Shown here: piece by piece, positions 53,141 through 64,000 of the stretch
How the letters are laid out: each line of letters opens with the position of its first letter
Numbering within the stretch: position 1 is the stretch's first letter
DNA from: Eledone cirrhosa
Lineage: Eukaryota
Length of the DNA stretch: 64,000 bases
Reading direction: 5' to 3'
Assembly (NCBI GenBank): GCA_964016885.1
Contig: OZ024750.1
Span: forward strand, 12,276,001-12,340,000
Notes under the pieces: generated by a model
What the model was told of the DNA's origin: nothing
Database searches by the model: none
The model's input: the letters and a program-made list of their open reading frames with translations, nothing else
Translations under genes and position numbers: made by a program

Positions 53141-54438
53141 AATTCCACCAAAGCCACAGCTCTTGGACAAGTATTTTATTTATTGATATAGAATGGATGA
53201 AAAGCAACGACAATGCTGGTGAGATTTGAACTCAGAGTGCAGAGAGCTGGAACAAATACCAAAGTATTTAATCCAACTCTCAAATTACTGCTAATTTACA
53301 ACTTAGTTTAGCTAGGTACATAAAGGGGCCAACGCTGTTATTTCTGTCAGATCATACAACTACATACAAAGACTCTTGTAAAACTGGCAGAGCATTAAAC
53401 AACATGCCTTGCAACTTTTCCTTCCCCTAAAATTGTTTGCCCTGTGCCTAAATCAAAAACCATTAAATATACCAATTCCATTGCCTCCATTGTACAGGTG
53501 TCGTTAATGGTCAGTTCTTTCTTCAAAGGTTAATATTATAAGGGCAGTGGATTGGCAGTATCGGTAGAGGGTCGGACGCCATGCTTTCTAGCATAGTTAC
53601 ATCCCTTTACAGTCTGAGTTCAAATCCCGCTGAGGTTAATTTTGCCTTTCATCCTTACGGAGGTCGATAAAATAAAGTACCAGTAATGTACTGGGATAAT
53701 TGCTGGCCTTGAGCCAAAAGTAGAAACAATATTATATATTCTACAGTGTATAATCTTTCACTTCCACAGATACTTCTTATCACTTCTATGCAACATTAGA
53801 ATTATTGTTCATGCTTCATGCAGTCAGCTTTAACATGTGGAGAGAAACTCTTTATTGTAAATAGAGGCAATAACTCCCTGAATTTCTCCCAACCCTTCCT
53901 TACTCTAGCAAGAATGATTTCACTAAAGTAACCACCAGTATTAATTAAATCACTAAGGTAACAGACCATATCAACTGTGTTTAGTGAGCCATGTGGACAG
54001 TTTCATGAATTTCATAATGTAGGTAGTCGTTTACATCTGAAATCCTAGTTGGTCGAACGCTATGCTTTCCAGCATAGAGTTACGCCCCTTTATGCTCTGA
54101 GTTCAAATGCTGCCGAGGTTAACTTTGCCTTTCATCCTTATGGGGTCGATAAAATACAGTACCAGTAATACACTGGGATAATTGTTGGCCTTGTGCCAAT
54201 AGCAGAAACAATTATTATAATTATCATCATCACCATTGTACATCTATTTTCCATAGAGGCATAGCTTAAATGGATCGTCACATGACAACATCTATTGGTA
54301 AGGATTGAAACTGCCAAAATCCATCTCAACAGCTGATGACCCTGAAGTTCTTTCTTTCGTTTCCCTTCAAAAAGATGTTTTTAGTTTTGCCTTGTTTTCG
54401 TTTGTTGTCTTCCCGTTTCTTTGTTAATTTACCTAAGT

Positions 54439-54733
<295 letters not shown>

Positions 54734-57524
54734 GATATGTCTGAGTAAGTGCATGAATTTATTCCCACCACTTCAGTTACAAAACGTGAATAAAATCACT
54801 TCCAGTACTAATTATGTCTTATGTCCTAAAACGCCTTCACTGATGTCTATGGCCTTTTCTCCCATTTACTTAATGCATATAAATCATTGATTCCTGACAA
54901 TGATCTAACAAATATTCAACTGCATTTCTTGTGATTCACTGTCTACACTGAGTAGACAATATTGAATAAAGATACAATTGATTCATCAGATATAAATCTA
55001 TTAACCCTTTTCTTACTATATTTTCGAATGAAAGATATTGCCTATATTCTTCCCCTTTTTTTTGGGGGGGGGGGGCACTTATTCCTGGAAGGGCCTTGGG
55101 TGTAGAGTCCTCAAACACTCCTTCCAGCGGACCCTGTCAGAATCAGTTGTCTCTAATTAATTTTGAAAATATTAAAGAATTTTGTGGGATTTAGTAATAT
55201 AACTAAGTTCTTCATTAAGTTGGTGTTTGGAACATAACTTAACAAAGTTCTTACATAAAATTATGATAGAAGGTTTTTAGATAAATATAAACACTTCAAA
55301 ATAAATATGTATCATAGAACTAGGAATAGTTTTGTGTGGTTTGCTATCAAAACGGTTAAGGGTTAAACTAATAATGGACTTCCAAATACTTGAAACTTGT
55401 CTTGTTCTTATATAATTCACCATCTAACAACAATTGTTAACCTATCAACCTGAGACATTTAACCTTCAACCTGAGATGGCCTACAATTAATTCTATGATA
55501 TAAAATCTCTCATTTTACATTGTCTATATTTAAATTAAAACTTCCCTTCATAATTTTATGTGAGAAAGTTTGTTATGTTTAAAACACTAGTTTACTAATT
55601 ATAAAACTGGATATTGTATTAAATCCATCTAAATTCTTGGTTATTTTCAAAATTATTTGAAATAAATGAAATATGATAATGACAATAAAGATTCTTTTTA
55701 CTCTGGTCCAATTTTGACTGTCAATACTGTAAATAGAAAGCTAAATTCTTTCTCCCAAACTCAGTAAATATATTCTGAATGAATGTAGAACAAATAGAAT
55801 AAATATTATCGATTTATTCAGCTTTCATTTTCAACAACTTCATGCATCAAAAGGTTTCAACTTTACTACTCTTTTTAAAGGTTTCTTGGTTTCTGGTAAC
55901 ATTCAGTATCAATTGAATGTTGGTGTTGCAGCCTTCAACTAGCATTTGGGAAATTGACATTAGATAAGTTTAATGTCATCCTAAACCAGAAGTGAAAGTG
56001 GTTTCTTTTGTTCTTTAAATTTTTCCGATTTTGTAACATAAGCTTTTTTATATTTATTTATTATTTAAATAATGTTAAATAAATTAATGATTTTCCTCAA
56101 TTTTGTTAAGTCAATTATTTGTGGCAGCTGTGTTTGTCACAGTGAAAGTATAGCAACTAATCATAATTCAAATTAGGCTCAGTGTGAGCATGACATCAAG
56201 ATCATCATCATTGTTATAACATCAATTTATTCATGCTGTATTGGATTGGAGGAAGCTGCATTTGAGTATCTCCTCATATATCATTGTACAAATAAGGAAA
56301 TTTTACAAAGAGGGGAAAGCAAGGAATTAGAGATACAAAATTAATGGTTGGATAAAAGGAAAAAAGCCAGAGTAAGATATGAGAGACAAGGAATAGTATA
56401 CAAAGTAAAATGTAAGTTAAGATATTAAAAGAGAACTAAATTGATATATTACACTGGATATTGAAAGAGGAAGAGTGAAATAGAAATAGGAGCAACAAAA
56501 TATCTAGAAACTTAGAAAATTAAAAACTTTTCTTTCCTGCAAAGTTTTCGTTTCATAAAATACTTTTAGGAAGGAAATTAAAAAAAAAAGCAGAATGTCA
56601 ATACCCAAGGAACGATTTCAAATGTAAATGGAACTAATGGTTGCGATGTATTTGCTTTTGAGAAAAGAGATAAATATCTGATTTTCCAGAACCATTTAGA
56701 TGTAGCAAATACATATTTAAGTATACATATACACATATGTATAATGATAAATACATGACATGTGTATTCATAGACATATATGGAGGCTTATATTTGTAGA
56801 CATATATACATGTGTATATACACATATATGTATATATATGTGTGTGTGTGTTTGTGCATATGTATGCATATATGTATGTGTGTCTGACTGTTAGTATATA
56901 TATATGTGTGGGTGCGTATGTATGAGTGTGTGTGTGTGTGCATATATACACACACACACATAGATATGTGTCTGTGTGTATATATATATGAAATAATTTC
57001 AATATGTAAAAACGTTCATTAACATGTATGAATTTATATGTGTATGTAAGTGGAAAGATGCATATATATGTCACCCTCCTCTCCTAACACACACACACAC
57101 ACACACTTTAGAAAATTATGAAACATATCACAGAGCATATGAATAAATTGATTCTATATAGGAAATATATTTTTGTCCTTCTTCTAAAATAATCTTGGTG
57201 GGGATTATTGAAAACTGTTGATATTATATATTTTCTTTAAAGATTATATCCCTCAAAGTATAGAGAATATATTAATTCATATTCTTTATGTAACTTCCTT
57301 TATGAAACTGCCAAATATATATCACTATTCACCATGCCCTGTGCTACTTTCAAAATTTTCAATTCTCCCATTTATCTATAATTTATATATATATATATCC
57401 CCCATTCTCAAGCGTCAACCTAATACCAACACTGTTCGTAACTGCACTCCTTGTTATTGTTTTTGTTTTTTACTTTGCTTATATATATATAAATATAGAA
57501 GCTGAGGCATATAGACAATATGCC

Positions 57525-57772
57525 CCCACACCCTCCCAACAGCAAAGTGGCCGCCATGGAAAAGTAGGTGCTATGGAAAAAAAGCACCCAGTACTCACTG
57601 TAAATGAGGTTGATGTTAGGAAGGGCATCCAGCTGTAGAAATCAAGCCAGAATCAGTTCCCGTATGAGCAAGACAAGGTCAGCCGACCGGACACTACCCA
57701 CAACAGGACAACTTGTCTAACCCATGCTAGCATTGAAGAACGGATGTAAGACGGTGATGATGATGATGATAT
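57525..57772 (+). mobile_element. RTE 3' UTR fragment
   Basis: Reverse complement of ~25001-25280 with a (GAT)n tail. Confidence 0.75.
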
Positions 57773-58456
57773 AGGCATTATAATTAAATGTCCCATTTTC
57801 AACTGTATATCAAAGATTGGGGTTCGAAAATAAATATGATCACCAATGGCTTCATGTGTTAGGGTTAGAAAGTGATTAAAATTATTCCTCATTATTTTCA
57901 ATTTACCCCGATAATTTTTATCGACCCCGTAAGGATGAAAGGCCAAGGTTAACTTTGCCTTTCATCCTTACGGGGTCGATAAAATAAAGTACCAGTAATG
58001 CACTGGGTTATTGCTGGCCTTGTGCCAAATGTAGAAACAATTATTTTCAATTTACAGGGTGGTAGAGTGGCAGTATTGGTAGAGGGTTGGACACCATGCT
58101 TTGTAGCATAGAGTTACACCCCTTTATGATCTGAGTTCAAATCCCACCGAGGTTAACTTTGCCTTTAATCCATACGGGGGTCGATAAAATAAAGTACCAG
58201 TAATGCACTGGGATAATTGTTGGCCTTGTGCCAAGAGTAGAAACAATTATTTTCAATTTACAGGGAAATATGTAAATTTGACATGTTTACATGCATCTAT
58301 TATTAAAGATGTATATTTATATACATATGTACACTCTCAGTTGAACTCTTTAATATACATTTAGCTCACAATCATGAAATGTATGTGTTAATGTGTATCA
58401 TACTTACATATACATACATATATATACATACATACATACATACATACATACATACA

Positions 58457-58490
<34 letters not shown>

Positions 58491-61400
58491 CATACATATA
58501 CATACATATATATACATACATACATACATATATACATACATATACATATATATACATACATACATATATACATACAGCTACATATATATCCATACATATA
58601 TACATACATATACATACATACATATATACATACATATACATATACATATATATACATACATATGTGTGTGTGTTTATGTTTATATATATATATAATTCAA
58701 TATATATTCATGTACATACTTATATGTATTTGTAAGAGTGTATGTGGTGTATATGTTTGTATGTAAACAAGATGAAAAAGATGCTTCTCTCAACTACAAA
58801 GGTACAAATGGCTCTTGTAAAGTTCTTGAATTATAAAATCAAGTGTATGAAAGATGTCTTCATCTTGATATAGGAGGTAGAGTTGTTCTTTCAAAAGAAA
58901 AATATATTCAAATCAAAACAACTAATTTCATTTTTATATATTCTACAGAATCTCAGAAGAAATTTACTAACAAAGGCTTTGAAAGTCTAACAATTGATCA
59001 AAATGATTCAGTGTCAACAGATTGAAACTATTTGACATTGTGCCATAAAAATACACTTATGTCTTTTGTTTTTAGTGGGGGTTGTTTTTCATTATTTCAT
59101 CTTAAAATCTTTTGGTAACTTTGAGAAGAAATTGACTATAATTCAAACTTCAAAGTAATAGATGAGAATGTTTTGGAATGATATCCTAGACAATTCCTTC
59201 TGTGAATTGATAACAAAATAACCTTAATCACTTGAAAGATAAATATTGATTTGTTAAATTTTAGAGAAATTTTTTTTTTAATTACAAATTTAAATTCTTA
59301 AATGAACAGATAAGAAAATGTGATCAATGAATTCAAATATTTATATCCTGTAAATCGACTTGCTGACAGGGAGTATAAAAGAAGTTTGAATAATATCGCA
59401 ATACTTAGTAATATTTTTATCTATATGATGATTATAAAAAAAAACCCTAAATGCACTGAAATTATATGATAAAGAAACTATCAGGTTAAAGCTCAATTAT
59501 TCTAACATATAATTCTTTTGAACATCTTAAATTCATTCAACTAATCAATTTTTCATTATTGAATTGTCTAACGAATATATTTGACAACTCCTTTTAGTAT
59601 TCTAAGTTGCGAACCTTTTACACAGTACGAGAAATATTGATGTCTTCAAAGAGCAATTAATTAATTGTTAATTTTGTAAACATGAAAGTACATGTTAAAT
59701 GTTCGGAATCTTTTAGAAAACTTTCTTATCTTAATTAATTAATTAATTAAGAGTTTAAATGGATTTATTTGCTTTTGTTGTTTATATAGAGGTAAGTATT
59801 GCATTGCATTTTTCTTATTTAGCTTCAAGGAAGAAGAGTTACAACTTTTGAAGAAACTGAGTGACGCAATAGATAGCAGTCAATAACAAACTTAACTCTA
59901 AAATTGCTAAAGGTGGCATAAGTGAAAATGGTTATCAATTTAGAGGAAAACTTATACAATTCCAAAGTGATAACCAATATTAAGAATAAGATGGATATTC
60001 TTTTATTCTTTTACTGGCTTCATTATAAGACTGTGGCCATGTTATGGTGCCACTTTAACCCTTTCATGACTGTATTTCCTATGAAATACACTATTTGATA
60101 AAGATTTTTGGAGGATTTACTAAAATTATCAATTATAATTTTATTATTATTATTCATTTTTTTAAAGAAATTTCACATTTCCTAATATTAAGTAGCTTGT
60201 TAAGTGCAAACTTCAGCTGTAATAACTTTCAGTATAATAATATACAGGGATTGAAGCACATTAAAGATTATGGTAACTGAGTAAATTGTCTTTAGTATTT
60301 TGTTGATACGTACTTGGTTCTGGTGAGAACATTTGCAAGGATAAACTTCCAGTTGTAGATCACTAAACTAAATTATGTTAAACATTTCAGTTACTACTCT
60401 CATTTATACGAATGTTTCATTGAAAATAATGAATATTATAAATACAAAACTTGTTTCTATTTCAAGCCACTTCATAAATGAAAAAAAAAACAAAAAAACA
60501 TTTCATAATAGTATTAGTTTCCCTAAAGGGATATAATAGCAGTATACCTTTTGGAATATCTCAAAGAGAGAACAAATATAGACCTTTTTCTTTTAATAGT
60601 TTCAACATTGGAGAAGAAATACAAAGATTTAGTAAAACAGCTGATGGCTGAGCTGCATTACTAAACTTTTGCCAATCCTAATAAAGGAACAATCTATAAA
60701 TATTCCTAGATGGATCTTGTAATGATAGATGTGATATTGGAAAACCAGGGAGTGATACCTAATTAGTTTTGAAAAATAAATAACATTCAGCTATAAAGTA
60801 ACTAAAAATAAAAACCTAGATCCTTTTTTTTTTTTGGTTCTTAACTAATTGAAGCCCCTTCTGTTGTTACAAGGCATTGATTACTCCATTGATTATTGAT
60901 TTATTCTTTCTACCATAGTTTTGAATAAAAACATGACTGATTAGGCGAATTCTTGTGAACAACTATTTTACATTTTTCTATATAATATTCTCTTGATTTA
61001 CAGATGCAATTGCAAAGAATAGTGAATAAATCAAGGTAATTATTATTTTGTAATACAGAGTCTATTTGAATGTGTTGTTTATCTCTTTTTATGGGGTTCA
61101 AAAGAATTCTAATGATTTCAATTAAAGTGTTCAAGTCAGCAGTAACCAACTGACATTACATAAGAGGTAAAAAAAAAACTCAGTGAATATAATAACGAGT
61201 TAGAGCTGGAAAAGTAATACATATTTACCATTGAGAAATAGGAATATACAGTCGAATAGTAGCCTGTGATTTTCAGAGATGATATATCTGATATATTTTG
61301 TATCTTTTTGTTGTTTCATATTATTGCATTTATATATTACACAGAATGTTATCTCATAAAGATCAAAGCAGTATACATAGATACACATCAGAGAAAGTGG

Positions 61401-62414
61401 CTACACTTTAACATTCTAATTTAGTTTAGAAGATTGATCTATATTCATCAATGCTATTGTTATCAACACTATTCATCCAAAAGGATGAAATTGACGTTTG
61501 GATGAGGAATTTGGAAATCTTTTTACAAACAATATTATTTTCTAGAATTAAATAAATGTTCACATCAAAACAGAAAAAGGAAAATATAATGATTTTTGAT
61601 TGAGGCACAAGGTCAAAAATTTTAGTGGAGGGGAAAGTCGATTAAATCACTCCAGCGTATTACTGGTACTTTATTTTATTGATCTTATAAAAATGAAAGG
61701 CAAAGATAACTTCACGGGGATTTGAACTCAGAACATAAAGGGCTGGAAAAGGAAAGAATAATAAAATTACTACACAAGTAATAACTTACCACATTACATA
61801 TATTCCATAGCTTTCCAAAGAACATATCTGACCATCTGTGGGACTGTATGATGCATAGTAAGAAAACTATGATTAAATATAGCCAACAAAAGGTGACCGT
61901 TTCAATATGCAAGCAATTAGTATACAATTATATATATATATATATATATATATCATTGGTCAACAGAAAACTCTTTTGTATTGATTTACTTTCATATGTT
62001 ATATGAGATATTGATGAAAGTTTCATTATAAAATTATTTGACCTCAAGAACTTGTTTGACTTATCAAGTAATTCTTCTTTGACTTATCAAGTATTAATCT
62101 CCAATGAGAGGCAATATGAAAATATTTGTTATCTTTAGACAGTTCTATAAATATTTTGTTACACAGATAGTAGTTACTTCAAAGTAACATGGTAATAAGA
62201 AAAAGAATAAGGATTATGTAGTTCCATTAACAAGCTTCATTATGGCTTTGAATCCACCTTGAATATCCTGCTATGGGAAATTTACAACATTTATCAATAG
62301 GATTAAGGACATGAGCACTAGTAATACTAGTAGTGAAAACCTAGACCATATTTAGAATTTGTTGGTTTTTATCAAGAAATCAGTATGTTTATTCTATTGA
62401 CATTAAAAGTTTAA

Positions 62415-62646
62415 CCCTTTAGTTATAAACCCGGCCAAAACCAGCTCTGGTGCTATGAAAAAAAGCCACAAATTTTAAAGGTTTCCAATTTAAATTTAAA
62501 TCTTGCAACATAATTTTATATAAGAACTTTACATTAAGTTACTATCTTAGTAATGAAATAATTAATAATTTTAGTAAATCCTTTGAAATTCTTCATTAAT
62601 TAATTAAAATAGAGTGTATTTCATTATAAATGTGGTCATGAAAGAG
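62415..62646. mobile_element. piggyBac-type MITE (family 2)
   Basis: TTAA|CCCTTT ... AAAGAG|TTAA. Related partial copies at ~55155-55367, 55437-55670 and 60056-60145. Confidence 0.6.
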
Positions 62647-63180
62647 TTAAGCAATGGAACAAAGCATGTATTTCATCATCATCTTCCTCATCATCATTTT
62701 ACATAGTAGCATGGGCTGGAGGGGTTGTCACTGTATTTGACCAAACAGGTTAAAGTGACCTCTTCATAATTGACATGATTTATATGGTTGGATGCCAACC
62801 ACCTTACATGTTATACTGGGTGTGTTTAGCTGGGGGACCACCACTATCTCTTTATGGAGTGTACTGGGTGTATTTTATCGTGACACCAACACTAATTTAT
62901 ATATATATTTCTCAATATAATTTTAAATATATTTTTATGTTATAGTCACATCTTGCTCTATATCAAAAAGTAGAGTTAAAATAAAGTAACCTAACACTCA
63001 AGTATACATATGCAAAATACATAAAAATGTAGAAAAGTCAATATTTAAATGAACTTCAATCTACCTCATATAATATATGAATACATACATAATCTACCTC
63101 ATATAATACATGGATACATACATAAGCATATCAGTTTTCATGGTTGATACCATTTACATGAAATTGTTTTATATTTATAC

Positions 63181-63241
<61 letters not shown>

Positions 63242-64000
63242 TAACAGATTAAAGTTTAAGCAAAGAATCACTGCTTTCACCCTTAAATTTTAATCTGCTA
63301 TTTTAATAAATATTTGCTCTATGGTTTTTATATATTTATATATATATATTATCCTTATCGAGCCCTCTTCGGATTTTAGTCTTCACATTTATTATTATTA
63401 CTATATATATATATTGTTATACTTTGTGTCTCTCCTTTATTCTGTCCTATACCATCTTGTTTTTTCAACACATCTTGCAAAACAAATTCAAAAACAAAGT
63501 GTATATATATGATCATTATCCTCATCATCATAATTTTACAGCCATTTTCCATGTTGGCATGGGTTAGAACGACCAATCTTGCTTGTATTCCATATTTGGT
63601 AAGATTTCTATGGTTGGATGCCCTTCATTATGCCAACCCCCCTTACAAAGTGTACTGGGTGTATCTTTCATGACACCACCTCTAATACTTTACAGAGTGA
63701 ACCGGGTACATTTCATCATTATAGCAACAGACATATAATATTTTACTTTTAGCCTGTAGGACTTTGATACATTACTCTATATTACTCTATATAAGCTATT
63801 GTATTTTCATGGTAAAGGCTTTATCTTACATAATTATCTCACATAATATCGAATCTATGAGATTTTGATATTATTTATTTTGAGAACAATACCTTAATGT
63901 TGGTATAAGCGGCCAGTTATGGCTGGTTTGAACAGAAAGAGGTGAAAGAATTCTGGCCGGATATGGCCAGTTTAAATGCTAAAGGGTTAAAGAAGTTCTT

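Overview
AT-rich, repeat-dense eukaryotic genomic DNA. The SINE and LINE repertoire points to an octopod/coleoid cephalopod (inference). The only supportable host gene is the 3' part of a neverland/daf-36-type Rieske cholesterol 7-desaturase: five + strand exons in 1-7620 with GT-AG splice sites in consistent phase. Its mononuclear-iron motif reads EIPLNGAD where EIPENGAD is usual. The remaining ~56 kb is non-coding and filled with Meta-domain and CORE tRNA-SINEs, several RTE-clade LINE fragments, piggyBac-type and Tc2-type MITEs, probable non-autonomous Helitrons, minisatellites and (TA)n microsatellites. The most unusual signals are (i) short microsatellite-embedded elements with hammerhead-ribozyme parts and a recurrent inverted 5' segment (Penelope-like), (ii) a ~650 bp foldback in the last intron of the gene, and (iii) several local inverted duplications. 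Almost all listed ORFs outside the gene are repeat artefacts. Repeat boundaries are approximate and were read by eye.
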